A stretch of DNA of 61,369 nt from a virus (IMGVR_UViG_3300045912_000939:1-61369); one strand, 5' to 3'; positions 18,969 to 28,722 are shown, numbered from the stretch's first letter. Translations and numbers: made by a program. The notes: generated from the sequence alone by a model not told the origin.

Positions 18969-20698
18969 CGCGTGCCCTTCACAAAGGACGCGACTTGGTT
19001 ATCACTGGCGAACGCGACATGGGCAATGGTGCCAAACGCTCCCCAGGTCGTCCAGGCGTTGATGTCGCGTATTTCGCCTTCGTTGTAGAGGGTTTGCAGA
19101 CTCCCCCATGTTTGCGAAGCTAGATCGTACTCCAGATAGTTGACGCTCGCGGAGTTGAGAATCGCCCAGGCTCGCAAGATTCCATCGTGTGCGGTCACGG
19201 AGCGGGTACCACTCAATCCGCTGGGCGTAATGTCCGTCCATGTACCGTTCGGGGCGCGCAAAAAGACGTTGCTGCTGATGATAAGCGCGGCGTAACCTCC
19301 TGGCAGGGGTGCAATCTTCGCATCTGCCGAGGTCGTTGAACTTGTGGGTACCTCGATAGCGCCAAACGTACCAGTCGTGCGGTTATAGGTTCTCGCTGAC
19401 GTGCGGGCGTTGTTGTTGTCGCGCCACACAAGCAGGAACGTTTCTCCATCGTCCAAGAGGGCTAGCGTCGTGCCGCGACCGTGCTGATTGGACGAACCGA
19501 ACGCATCGGCGTGCTTGGGATAGCCCGATAGCATCGTCAGGGTAGCAATGTCGATGGCGGCCAACGTTGGGCGGCGTTGATTGTTGGAGTCTACGACCTC
19601 GTGCTCGTGACTGTTGAAAAAGACGTACAGGACTCCGTTCTTGGCTTCTGCCGACACGTAATGGAACACGTTGGCGGACAGTGGGGAGATGGACACCTGG
19701 ACGGGCGCATCGAACGTAATCGTTCCCTCGCTGGCAACGCCCTTGTGGACCTCGATGAACTCATTGCCGCCCTGCACCCTGACGACCAGAGCCGTGCTTC
19801 CGTCATGAGTTACCGACCGCTGTCCGCTTGTGCTGACCCCCGTGAGGACGGACGCTCCCACATCGTTGGTTTCGAGGTTGACGGCAGCGTAGCGGTACTC
19901 GCTACTCGGGGCTCTCCAGAATTGATAGTTGTAGCCCTCGTGGACGAACCCCTGCCGAGAGAGGACATAGCCAAAGGGACGGTCGGTATCGGCACTGCCG
20001 AGCGAGTCCACGAGCGACTCGAACGCCACCGAGTCCAGATCGAAAGCGTAATTTTGACTTATCCCGTCCAGCTCGAGCCTACCCTCGTCCCTGCCTGGTC
20101 TTCCCCCGTCCCAAACGCATGCGAGCTTGGTCTTAGTGCCAAGTGAGGCTTCGATGGTTTGCGGGAAACTACCCGTGACAAAATTACTCATGTCGATGCT
20201 GCTGTCGGACGAGTGATGATAGACCTTGACGGTAAAGGGTATTTCCCCCGAAAGGTCTGTAGCATCGGCACCTAGCTTGAACGGGTGCTTGGCTTCAATG
20301 ATGTAAATGCTGTTAGTCAAACCAATTTCGGTGCAAATGATCGTTTCGTTGGCTTGCGTAGTCTCAATAGTAGTGTTCGGTAATGCTTCTCGATGAGGTG
20401 GGAGGGTTCCACCCGCCTCGATTCCCACGCTCAAGTCGGCAAGCGCCATTAGGTCAATCCAAGCTGGCTCCCCGAGGTAACGCCACTGCAAGTGGGTGTC
20501 GGTTGCCCGGAGCTCCACTTCTCGGCCATCTTGACCGTCTTGACCAGCGGGACCAGGTGCCCCCTCCAGTTCTGAAAGCGCAATAAGCGGAGTCCATGAG
20601 GCATCCCCCATATAGCGCCATTCGATGTGCGTTGCCGACACCTGCAGCTCGAGCTGCCGACCGTCTTTGCCGCGTTGGCCCGGAAAGCAAAGTCTCAT
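18965..20698 (-). CDS. Fibre/whisker protein with collagen-like repeats and beta-rich C-terminus
   Basis: Two GR(Q/E)xEL..THxxWRYxG..W repeats around G-X-Y triplets. Confidence 0.65.
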   Translation of the reverse strand: MRLCFPGQRGKDGRQLELQVSATHIEWRYMGDASWTPLIALSELEGAPGPAGQDGQDGREVELRATDTHLQWRYLGEPAWIDLMALADLSVGIEAGGTLPPHREALPNTTIETTQANETIICTEIGLTNSIYIIEAKHPFKLGADATDLSGEIPFTVKVYHHSSDSSIDMSNFVTGSFPQTIEASLGTKTKLACVWDGGRPGRDEGRLELDGISQNYAFDLDSVAFESLVDSLGSADTDRPFGYVLSRQGFVHEGYNYQFWRAPSSEYRYAAVNLETNDVGASVLTGVSTSGQRSVTHDGSTALVVRVQGGNEFIEVHKGVASEGTITFDAPVQVSISPLSANVFHYVSAEAKNGVLYVFFNSHEHEVVDSNNQRRPTLAAIDIATLTMLSGYPKHADAFGSSNQHGRGTTLALLDDGETFLLVWRDNNNARTSARTYNRTTGTFGAIEVPTSSTTSADAKIAPLPGGYAALIISSNVFLRAPNGTWTDITPSGLSGTRSVTAHDGILRAWAILNSASVNYLEYDLASQTWGSLQTLYNEGEIRDINAWTTWGAFGTIAHVAFASDNQVASFVKGTR

Positions 20699-20707
20699 GT
20701 GATCCCC

Positions 20708-21055
20708 CTAGAAGTAGCTGATCTGCAGCTGGCCGTCGGCGTCGTCGGCGCGGACGTAGCGGAAGCCGGTCAGTTGCAGCTCCGCTGTCAGGATGATTGC
20801 CGCGTCGTCGGGGCGACGGTGCCCCTCGCTGGCGCTGGGTGTACTGCCATCGAGCCAGAAACGCATGTGTTTCCCTTCGGGCAGTTCCACAGTGATGACC
20901 GCGTACTTCGCCCCGTTCGGGATGCCGACCAGCTGCCTTACCGTGTCGTCGATGGGTTGCGTCCCATGCCCGATTGCGGCCTTGTGAAGGGGATGCTCGA
21001 GGTTCAGCGGTTCGCCGTCTTGATCGCGCAGGTTGACGTTGACCTCGAATGCCAT
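20708..21055 (-). CDS. Small structural protein
   Basis: RFWLDGSTPSASEGH; leaderless late motif. Confidence 0.7.
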   Translation of the reverse strand: MAFEVNVNLRDQDGEPLNLEHPLHKAAIGHGTQPIDDTVRQLVGIPNGAKYAVITVELPEGKHMRFWLDGSTPSASEGHRRPDDAAIILTAELQLTGFRYVRADDADGQLQISYF

Positions 21056-21061
21056 GCGCCA

Positions 21062-21084
21062 ACGCTAGATGCGCGCTGGGGTCA
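21062..21084 (-). promoter_or_regulatory. Late-promoter motif
   Basis: TGACCC-N11-TAGCGT-N6-ATG. Confidence 0.8.
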
Positions 21085-21948
21085 GACGGACGCCAAGCGC
21101 GTGATGTGTTCGGCGTCGAGCTCGAGCGCCAACGCCATAATGCGCGGCGTCTCGCGCTGCAACCACTCGGCCACCGCTTTAGCCGGGTAGCGGCCGGGGC
21201 GTTCGGGAATCAGCCAGGTACCCGCGGGATTGTTCTCGCTCAGGGTGCGGAAGGTCAGGTAGAGGCTGCTGCCGCGGCGTTCGGTCGACGTGTCCATGCG
21301 GACCATGCCGGCCATGCGCTGCGTCTTGCGGTCCTGCGGGTCGTAGCCGAGCTCCTTGAGTTCCGCCAGGGTCAACCTACCGCCCCAGTCGTACACGTTG
21401 CGCGTGACGCTCGTCTCGGGATCGTGGACGGACGGCTCGCTAAACTGGCCCGTGATGAAGCTCTTGGCCTTCTCGCGCATGCGCTCGTAGACGTTTTCCG
21501 GCATCTCGTTGCCGCTGTACTCGCCTACGACCACGGTGTCGGGCGTGCCGTGGCGGAATGGGATGATCAAGTACAGGCTGCCCTTCTTGCTGCGCCGCAC
21601 CTTATGACTGGTGTAGAGGATGTCGTGCAGATCCCAGGCCGAGGCGCCCTCTTCGATGACGCGCGCCTTGGGATCGTTCGAGTAGATGCTGTAGTCGTGC
21701 TCGCCCGTTTGCTCGAGCTGAATCGAACGCAGGTAGCGGCCGCTCCAACTGCGGATGCGCGAGCCGTCGGGCAGCGCCTCCTTGCCCGAGGCGTAGTTCA
21801 GCCAGCGCCGATGCCCGGCTTCGGCGATCTCCTGGATCGCCCGCACCTGGTTGGGGAAGATGACGGCAGCGTCCTCGGCGGCCATTGCCACCGCCCGCTC
21901 GACGCCGGCGGGGAAGCCGATGGTTAAGCGAACCCTGTATCTGGCCAT
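21082..21948 (-). CDS. Neck/tail completion protein
   Basis: SGRYLRSI, YLIIPFRHGTP, YLTFRTLS motifs. Confidence 0.7.
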   Translation of the reverse strand: MARYRVRLTIGFPAGVERAVAMAAEDAAVIFPNQVRAIQEIAEAGHRRWLNYASGKEALPDGSRIRSWSGRYLRSIQLEQTGEHDYSIYSNDPKARVIEEGASAWDLHDILYTSHKVRRSKKGSLYLIIPFRHGTPDTVVVGEYSGNEMPENVYERMREKAKSFITGQFSEPSVHDPETSVTRNVYDWGGRLTLAELKELGYDPQDRKTQRMAGMVRMDTSTERRGSSLYLTFRTLSENNPAGTWLIPERPGRYPAKAVAEWLQRETPRIMALALELDAEHITRLASV

Positions 21949-21954
21949 GCAGTA

Positions 21955-21977
21955 AGCATGCGACCGGTCGAGGGTCA
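21955..21977 (-). promoter_or_regulatory. Late-promoter motif
   Basis: TGACCC-N11-CATGCT-N6-ATG. Confidence 0.75.
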
Positions 21978-22003
21978 CGACGGTAGAATGACGATAGTAG
22001 TCT

Positions 22004-22870
22004 TTGGATCTTGTGCAATGCTGGAGGTTGTCGTTGAACAACAGTGTGTATTTGAGTCGCATACAACAAGCGCAACGAGTCATCGAGCGATACCAAAGAG
22101 ATTTGAATAGCAAAAGTGGACAAGAAGCCGACAAGGTGAAGCGCATTAGCGACCTGCAAAGCCGCCTTACGAGAACGAAGAATCCATCAACGGTCCGTTC
22201 GATAACCAAGGAGTTGGAGCGACTGAATCGTGACATTGCACAGTTGCGTAAGGATCAGGCTGGATTGCAGAAGCGGATCTCTGACGAAACCAGAAAGCTT
22301 CACGACGCCCAAAACCAGTACAACGTGGAACAGTCCAAGGAGCAAGCGCGACTCCTCAGCTCGCTTAGGAGACTCGAAGAGGAAGAGGCGAGGAAGCGAG
22401 ATCGCGTTGTAGAGCAGATTGAAGCGTCGTTGCCAGCCGCGGAGGCAGCGGTCGATGCAAGCTTCCATGCCTTTATCTCTCACGCTTCCGAGGATAAAGA
22501 GGACATTGCTAGGCCGTTAGCAGAGGGCTTGCAGAAACGTGGCTACAGGATCTGGTACGACGACTTTCAGCTCAGGGTAGGCCATAGTCTCCGTCGCTCA
22601 ATCGATCAAGGGCTGGCTAGCTCGCGCTTCGGCATCGTCATCTTTTCGCCAAACTTCTTTGCAAAGGATTGGCCGCAATACGAGTTAGATGGACTTGTTA
22701 ACAACGAGGTGTCGGGGGCAGCTAGAATTCTTCCGCTCTGGCATAAGGTTTCTAAGAATGAAGTGCAAAGGTACAGCCCGAGCCTCGCCGATAAAGTGGC
22801 TTTGAATACGGCCAACTACACGCTTGAGGAGTTGGTCGACAAGCTTGCAGAGGTCATCGGTAAGCCCTAA
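22004..22870 (+). CDS. Coiled-coil + TIR domain protein (TcpB/BtpA-like)
   Basis: AFISHASEDKE, IWYDDFQLRVGHSLRRSIDQGL, WPQYELDGL (catalytic Glu); start uncertain. Confidence 0.9.
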   Translation: MDLVQCWRLSLNNSVYLSRIQQAQRVIERYQRDLNSKSGQEADKVKRISDLQSRLTRTKNPSTVRSITKELERLNRDIAQLRKDQAGLQKRISDETRKLHDAQNQYNVEQSKEQARLLSSLRRLEEEEARKRDRVVEQIEASLPAAEAAVDASFHAFISHASEDKEDIARPLAEGLQKRGYRIWYDDFQLRVGHSLRRSIDQGLASSRFGIVIFSPNFFAKDWPQYELDGLVNNEVSGAARILPLWHKVSKNEVQRYSPSLADKVALNTANYTLEELVDKLAEVIGKP

Positions 22871-23790
22871 GAGCGCCCGTAGCTCGCCCCCGGCCGCGGA
22901 TACTGCTCCCACAGCCTGAGCGCCACCCGGCGCGGCAGCTCGAGCCCTCCCTGGTGGCGTACTTGTGGCAGGTCGCGCCAGACGTAATACTCCGGCGCCG
23001 CCTCGTAAACGATGGCGTACGGCCGTCCGGCTGTCGGCCCCTTGCCCTCCGCCCAGACGACCGCGCCGTTTTCGAGGGTGAAGTCCTCGCCCTCGAGGTA
23101 CTCCGTGGGAGCGAAGGCGCTCGTGAGGCTGTAGCAGCGCTCGACGCTAAACACGTAACCGTAGGTGAGGTGCTCGCGCTCCCCGCGATGGAGGACTTGC
23201 TGCGTGCGGATGCGCGCGTGGGGCACCAAAAACCGGTCGTGCTCGCCGATGAGCTGCCACACCGGGTTGAGGTTGTCTGTCGTGTGGGGCGTCTTCAGGT
23301 AACGATCCACCGTCAGGTGCAGATCGCGGTGATGCACCTCGCCCATCTCGCGCCACTCGCGGTGGCTCATCAAGTTCGTCACCAGGCCGCGGACGGTTTG
23401 CGGCGCCAGGTAGCGCACGGTGAACTCGGTGCCGTGCGGCGGCTCGGTGGCGCCGAAGACGACGCGGCCGTCCACGAGGGTCGCGTCGCCATAGACGGCG
23501 CCGTGCTCGTCCCGTACCTCGATCAACGCCGCCGGGCCGACGAAGGCGTGCTCGAGCACCGGCGGCCTGGTTTCCGAGCCCATGTAGAAGGTGGCGAGCT
23601 GCTCGAGCTGCTCGGGTTGCGGCCAGCTGTAGCCGTAACCGAGGCAGTTAGCGCACTCGAGAACAGGAGAGCCGTCGCTGCGGTGGCGGCACGGGCAGAT
23701 GGTCGAGGGGAAGTAGACGAGCTGCCAGCTCTGCGCGCCGTTCAGGACGTCCGTGAACTTCTCCGGGCGGAACGAGACGGTGCCCGCCAT
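22867..23790 (-). CDS. Head closure/neck protein
   Basis: CPC...CANCLGYGY; between adaptor and neck genes. Confidence 0.7.
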   Translation of the reverse strand: MAGTVSFRPEKFTDVLNGAQSWQLVYFPSTICPCRHRSDGSPVLECANCLGYGYSWPQPEQLEQLATFYMGSETRPPVLEHAFVGPAALIEVRDEHGAVYGDATLVDGRVVFGATEPPHGTEFTVRYLAPQTVRGLVTNLMSHREWREMGEVHHRDLHLTVDRYLKTPHTTDNLNPVWQLIGEHDRFLVPHARIRTQQVLHRGEREHLTYGYVFSVERCYSLTSAFAPTEYLEGEDFTLENGAVVWAEGKGPTAGRPYAIVYEAAPEYYVWRDLPQVRHQGGLELPRRVALRLWEQYPRPGASYGRS

Positions 23791-23793
23791 TGC

Positions 23794-24585
23794 CTACACC
23801 GAGAAGATGCGCGGGCCGCGCTGTGCCGCGAAGTACATGCTGAGAAAGGCGTCGAGTTCCGCTTCCAGGCTGCTCTGCAGCGGGCTCAGCTTGTGCGACG
23901 TGGCGGATACCGGATAGGAGCGCGATTGGGAGAGCCCGTCGACGCTGACGCTCTCGCTGGTGTTGGATCCCGACTGCAGCATCGCCAGCGCCGGCAAGAG
24001 CGAGATGACCGCTTTGAGGCCGACGGCGTGCGCCAGGTCCGGCTCGTCTGCGAAGACGTCCTCAAAGCCGGCGCGATAGACGATGCGCCAGGCGTTGGGA
24101 ATGCGGCGTTTCGAGGCGACGATGGAGAGGTGAAACGAGCTCGCCGCGAAGGTCTGCAGGCTCAGGTAACCAGGGTAGAGGCGCAAAAAGTAACGCCGCT
24201 CCGAGAGCTGCCACCAGTCGTGGGGGAACTCGATGATGGTTGGCAGCGCCTGGCCGCCGAGCCCCAGGCCGACATAGTCGATGCCCTTAACGGGACCGTA
24301 GGGCAACTGGATCGACGCCCAACGGTCGGCATGCCACGTTTGCGGGTCGTAGTCGATGCCGTTGCTGCTGATGATGGCGCCGCTCTGTGGTTGTGCTTTT
24401 GGCGGCACGTTGCCGAGCACGACGTGCGTCGGCTCGAAGAGCACGCCGAACTTACGAGTGAAGAATGCCTTGGCCTCGCGCAGCGCGTCGTCGAAGTTCT
24501 CGCTCGCGAACGGCTTGCCGCTGGCGTCCTCGAGCGGGACGCCCTGTAAGAAGCGGCGCTTAAGGTAGGCAGCGTCGAGCGCCAT
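23794..24585 (-). CDS. Head-tail adaptor
   Basis: YLKRRFLQGVPL, IVYRAGF, SVSVDGLSQS. Confidence 0.75.
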   Translation of the reverse strand: MALDAAYLKRRFLQGVPLEDASGKPFASENFDDALREAKAFFTRKFGVLFEPTHVVLGNVPPKAQPQSGAIISSNGIDYDPQTWHADRWASIQLPYGPVKGIDYVGLGLGGQALPTIIEFPHDWWQLSERRYFLRLYPGYLSLQTFAASSFHLSIVASKRRIPNAWRIVYRAGFEDVFADEPDLAHAVGLKAVISLLPALAMLQSGSNTSESVSVDGLSQSRSYPVSATSHKLSPLQSSLEAELDAFLSMYFAAQRGPRIFSV

Positions 24586-24850
24586 ACCTGTAACGCCTCG
24601 TCAGTCCCAGCAAGACGGTCCCGTCCGACAGCGCCGCCACTTCCTGCTCGCGCACCGGCAGGCGGGCGCCATTCACATAGAGGATCGACCGGTACATGGT
24701 CAGCTTATCTCCCGTGGTGGCCTCGAACAAGCCGTCGTCGTCCAAGATCACGAAGGCGCGCTTGCCGCGGCGCTCGAGCCTGAGCACGTAGCCGTAGCGG
24801 CCTCGCAAGCGCGCCAGCAGTGCCGCGTCGTTACTGGCCGTCGCTCCCAC
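24560..24850 (-). CDS. Hypothetical protein
   Basis: Overlapping ORF in operon. Confidence 0.5.
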   Translation of the reverse strand: MGATASNDAALLARLRGRYGYVLRLERRGKRAFVILDDDGLFEATTGDKLTMYRSILYVNGARLPVREQEVAALSDGTVLLGLTRRYRYGARRCLP

Positions 24851-25304
24851 CCTCGTCGCTCGAGCCTGCGAGGGCTTCAGCTACCAGGGCGATGAGGTCG
24901 GCCTTCTTCGCCTCGGGGTCGAAGGCGACCTTGAGCTGCCGCAGCGCGCGTTTGTATTCGTCGTTGCCGATGCGCTCGCGCTGCGCCTCCGACGCTTCGG
25001 CGAAGCGCGTGGCGAAGCTCTCGAGCCACGCCGCGTCGGGGTCGGTCGGGCGCGACTCGGTCTTCTCGGTGGTGACCTTGACCGGCTCGGGCTCGGACAC
25101 GAGATCCCCGCTTACTGCATCGACGATGACGTAGCCGGGCACGCGCCTGAAGGGCTCGACGTGCGCGGCGTTGGCCGGTTCGGACACCACAGCGCCGAGC
25201 TTGTCGCTGAAGCCGAACAGTAGGCCGTTCACGACGCACTTGCCGCGCCGGCGCACGGCGTCGGCGACGCTCGGCGCGTTCACTACCTTCACGCGAAAAT
25301 CCAT
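24831..25304 (-). CDS. Hypothetical virion-associated protein
   Basis: GGAGG RBS, late motif; C-terminal AKKADLIALV resembles Rho-N/HeH. Confidence 0.65.
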   Translation of the reverse strand: MDFRVKVVNAPSVADAVRRRGKCVVNGLLFGFSDKLGAVVSEPANAAHVEPFRRVPGYVIVDAVSGDLVSEPEPVKVTTEKTESRPTDPDAAWLESFATRFAEASEAQRERIGNDEYKRALRQLKVAFDPEAKKADLIALVAEALAGSSDEGGSDGQ

Positions 25305-25320
25305 ATCGACCTCCGCGCTC

Positions 25321-25343
25321 AGCGTCGAGCGCTCGAGGGGTCA
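25321..25343 (-). promoter_or_regulatory. Late-promoter motif
   Basis: TGACCC-N11-GACGCT. Confidence 0.75.
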
Positions 25344-25353
25344 GACGCCAGCG

Positions 25354-25418
25354 CATCCGCTACGCTCCCATTCGCTTCGCTCAGGCTTCCCCTGTCAGGG
25401 TCAGCCCGAAGGGACAAG
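25354..25418 (+). repeat. REP-like palindromic element
   Basis: Near copy of 12068-12145. Confidence 0.75.
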
Positions 25419-25420
25419 AA

Positions 25421-25446
25421 TGAAAAACCCCTCCGGATGGAGGGGT
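25421..25446 (-). terminator. Intrinsic terminator after capsid gene
   Basis: ACCCCTCC-ATCC-GGAGGGG-TTTTT on minus strand. Confidence 0.8.
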
Positions 25447-25466
25447 CGAGGGAGTGCTAGCAACGG

Positions 25467-26972
25467 CTAGCCGTGCGGCTTCCACTTCACGTTCTTCGGC
25501 ACGACGTTGGTCACGACCCAGTGCCGTTGCGGGATCGCCAGCTTCAGCGCGCCGAAGAGCAGCACCGCCCACGGGTACGCGGCCTTGTCGGTCGGGTACA
25601 GCGGGAACTGCATCAGCGGCAAGAGCTGCGTCCAGTCGATGGAGCGCTCGGTCAGCTCGAGCAGGAAGATCTTCGAGGCGCCCGGCAGGTGGTGGTTCTT
25701 GTCGTCGTAGGTCAGGGTGGTGCTCGGGTTCTCCGGGTCGGGGTTGGGCACGCGCTGCACGAGGCGCAAGTCCGCCGCTTCGGGCGCGGCCGCCGGGTCT
25801 TGCATCGAGCGGTAGATGACGAACCCCGACTGCGTGGGCGACGCGGGCGGCTCGATCTCGAGCCGGGCGAAGCCATCTGCGGAGATGGTGACGGCCTGGA
25901 TGGCGGACAGCGGCCCCTCGCCCTTCTCGCTGATGGCCGCAACCGCATACCAGTACGTGCCCGCGCGATCCGCACCGAAGCGGCTCTCGGCGTCCGGACC
26001 GACTTGCGCGCTGGCCGTCAAGGTTGGCGCTGCCGGCGCGTCGTCGTTGGGGGCCTTCGCGCGCACCACCACCGGCGCGGTGATGTTCTCGTAGGTGCCC
26101 TCTTCGATCCAGACGCTTTGGTTCAAGGCGACCTTGCCGTGCGAGGTGTTGATCCCCAACACGGGCGCGCCGTACTCGATGTCGGTGTTCTTGTCGAGCC
26201 GCACGCGCCACTGCGGGTGCAGATACAGGTCGAGGTCGTTCTGGATCGACGGCGTGACGTAGGCGTCGGTGATCTTCCCGTAACCGCCCTCGGGGCCGCG
26301 GACGCGCGCGAAGGCGTCGTACACCGCGTTATAGATCTCCTCGGTGTCCGAGCTGCCGTCTAGGTCGATGATGTGCTTCGGGTAGTCGCGCGCCAGCTTG
26401 GTGTAGATGCCGTCAAACTGTTGCGGCAGCACCGACTCGTCCCCCGCGAACAGGCTCCACTCCACGTCGCGCAGCAAGCGGTTGGTGGCGGACTCGTTCT
26501 CCTCCGCCTTGATGTCCTCGATGGTCTGCTGCAGCTTCGCCGCGACCGTGATCTCCGCCGAGGTCATCAGGTACTTGATGCGCAGCACGTCGCGCTTGAA
26601 CTCGGTGCGCGCCTTGCGGATCGAGGCGTACTCGCTATGGAACGTGCCGCCGACGTCGCCGCCGATGCTCGTTTTGGTGCTCCACTCGTGCACGCTCGAG
26701 CGGGTGCGCTTGCGGGTGAGCCTACGCCAGAGCGTGTAGGTCTCCTCGCGCTCGGTGACCGCGCGCAGCACCCCGTCGAGGGCCTCCAAGCGGATGGCCG
26801 GCACGCCGGTGAGGTTGCCCTTGAAGTCGAGGACGTTCGGGTCGCCCGCGGTTTGCACCGCCTTGGCGAACGCCTCGAACTCGTCCAGCGAGTTGAGGTT
26901 GCCGAAGCTTCCGACTCCAGGTCCAGCCAGCGGGCCGCCGAACTGGGTGTTGTGACCGACTCCTCCGAACAC
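25467..26972 (-). CDS. Major capsid protein
   Basis: AIRLEALD, IKYLM, EWSLFAGD...QFDGI, IIDLDG; Twort/A511-like; AGGAGG RBS. Confidence 0.9.
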   Translation of the reverse strand: MFGGVGHNTQFGGPLAGPGVGSFGNLNSLDEFEAFAKAVQTAGDPNVLDFKGNLTGVPAIRLEALDGVLRAVTEREETYTLWRRLTRKRTRSSVHEWSTKTSIGGDVGGTFHSEYASIRKARTEFKRDVLRIKYLMTSAEITVAAKLQQTIEDIKAEENESATNRLLRDVEWSLFAGDESVLPQQFDGIYTKLARDYPKHIIDLDGSSDTEEIYNAVYDAFARVRGPEGGYGKITDAYVTPSIQNDLDLYLHPQWRVRLDKNTDIEYGAPVLGINTSHGKVALNQSVWIEEGTYENITAPVVVRAKAPNDDAPAAPTLTASAQVGPDAESRFGADRAGTYWYAVAAISEKGEGPLSAIQAVTISADGFARLEIEPPASPTQSGFVIYRSMQDPAAAPEAADLRLVQRVPNPDPENPSTTLTYDDKNHHLPGASKIFLLELTERSIDWTQLLPLMQFPLYPTDKAAYPWAVLLFGALKLAIPQRHWVVTNVVPKNVKWKPHG

Positions 26973-26980
26973 GATGCCTC

Positions 26981-27658
26981 CTAGTTCTTAAGCGGCAACC
27001 CGACAACCGACAGCTGCTCGGGGCTGAATTCCTGGTAGACCTGCTCGAGCTTGCCGGCGTTCAGCATCGACTCGAGCTTGGCGACGTCGCGAGCGCTGAA
27101 GTGCTCGAGGTCGGTGGCGGCCTTGGCGACGATCTCGCCGCGGTTGAACGGCTGGGGCTTCGCCGGAGCGGTGGGGAGCTTGCGCTTGCCCGCCTTGCGC
27201 GCGAGCGGGGTCTTCGCGACGTCCTCTTGCAACCCCTCGAACGCCTTGGCGAAGCTCGCCTGCTCGTCGACCAATCCCATGAGGCCCTTGGCGATCAGCG
27301 CGCTCTGCTGCAGTTGACGCTGCTGCACCTCTTGGATGCCCTGCAGCGTGGCGACGAGCTCCTCGATGAGCGGCGTGGCGTCTTGGGGCTGCAGCTCGTG
27401 TGCCTTGCCGACGACGTCCATGCCCTCCTCGGGCTCGTTCGCCTCGGCGGCGTCGTCCTCCTTGTCCTGAGCGAAGCGAGCGGAGTCCTCATTTTCTTCG
27501 GCGCTCGCTGCTACGGCAGCGTCGAGCTCCTCGAAGTCCTCGTCGAGGGAAGTTTCAAGCTCGTCGTTGTCGGCTTCGGCGTTAGGCTCCGAGGCCATGC
27601 CGGCAGCTTTGGCGAACAGGCCACGCAACACCGCCAAACCGCGCTTGTCCTTGCTCAT
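26981..27658 (-). CDS. Capsid scaffolding protein
   Basis: Acidic, helical, between protease and capsid; many xAKA motifs. Confidence 0.7.
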   Translation of the reverse strand: MSKDKRGLAVLRGLFAKAAGMASEPNAEADNDELETSLDEDFEELDAAVAASAEENEDSARFAQDKEDDAAEANEPEEGMDVVGKAHELQPQDATPLIEELVATLQGIQEVQQRQLQQSALIAKGLMGLVDEQASFAKAFEGLQEDVAKTPLARKAGKRKLPTAPAKPQPFNRGEIVAKAATDLEHFSARDVAKLESMLNAGKLEQVYQEFSPEQLSVVGLPLKN

Positions 27659-27678
27659 GGTGCCTCCTTCATGCTGCC

Positions 27679-27701
27679 AGCGTGCAAACGGCAAGGGGTC
27701 A
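27679..27701 (-). promoter_or_regulatory. Late-promoter motif
   Basis: TGACCC-N11-CACGCT. Confidence 0.75.
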
Positions 27702-27708
27702 GGCTGCT

Positions 27709-28716
27709 TTACGCGCGCTTCAACGTGCGATTCGCCACATCGTCGGCCCATGTGCCGAGCTGCCGAGCGAAGGCTCGAGCCAGGCGTTCGGGGGCGCCGA
27801 GGCGCTTGAATTCGCTCGCGACCGCCTCGAGCGTGCCTTCGACCGTGCCTTGCACGATGCCTCGCAGCACCTTCGGCTTGAGGCGCTTATAGAGCTGCTT
27901 CGGTGTGGTTCGGCGAGCGCTGCCTTCGAGGGCTTCCCGACGCAAGGCGGCAGTGCCCTTGAGCTCCCCCTTTGGCGCCAGTGCGCCGTCCTCGCCGGCC
28001 GTCACGACCTGGGCGGCGTGCACGGCCTTCGCGAACGTTTCCACATTGAAGTACGCCACGGAGCCGCTGACGAGCGCTCGCGGGCTTGCCATGGCCTTGG
28101 CGATGAGCTCGTCGCCCTCAAACGGCCCCATCGGGCTCGAGCCGACCGGGCCGAGGGCGGGATGCTGCGCGCGGTTGGCGAAGCCGACACTGAACCAGAT
28201 GAGTGGTCCCTTGATGAAGCGAACCGTCCGGCCGCCGCGCACCTGCAGTTCGACGGCGCCATGCGGCATGCGCCCGAGCACCGAGGGGAACCAGCGCTTG
28301 GCCGGCCTGAGTTGCGTGAGCGAATGCCAGAAGGTGTCGGCCCACCAGCCGTTCGAGCCTTCGGGAGGCGGCGTGGTGGGGGAGAAGACCTCGCCCGCGA
28401 CCCAGATGCTCTTGCCCTGGCGGCGCACGTCTCGAGGCAGGCCAATGGTGTACTCCGGGCGCGCGATGCCGCGCGGGTTGCCGAGATAGCTGAAGTGCCC
28501 GATATCCAGATCGCCCTGCTCGAGGAAGTGTTTTCGCGAGTTCCACAGCGCCTCGCAGGCGATGTCCTCGCCCTGGCGATCCACCACCCCTTCGCGCGAC
28601 GTCTCGAAGTAGACGATCCGCCGGCCCTCGCCGGCGTCGATAGCGTCGGCTTTGGCGGCGACGTGAGGTAGCGGCAGGACGACCGTGTCCACGCCGCTGG
28701 GGAGGATGAGACTCAT
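27709..28716 (-). CDS. Prohead protease
   Basis: SREGVVDRQGE, GDLDIGH, IGLP, WFPSVLG. Confidence 0.8.
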   Translation of the reverse strand: MSLILPSGVDTVVLPLPHVAAKADAIDAGEGRRIVYFETSREGVVDRQGEDIACEALWNSRKHFLEQGDLDIGHFSYLGNPRGIARPEYTIGLPRDVRRQGKSIWVAGEVFSPTTPPPEGSNGWWADTFWHSLTQLRPAKRWFPSVLGRMPHGAVELQVRGGRTVRFIKGPLIWFSVGFANRAQHPALGPVGSSPMGPFEGDELIAKAMASPRALVSGSVAYFNVETFAKAVHAAQVVTAGEDGALAPKGELKGTAALRREALEGSARRTTPKQLYKRLKPKVLRGIVQGTVEGTLEAVASEFKRLGAPERLARAFARQLGTWADDVANRTLKRA

Positions 28717-28722
28717 GCTCGA

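Noticed and set aside
25381-25403. TGACCC on minus strand as another late promoter
   Set aside because: Lacks A19/T23 and lies within a REP copy
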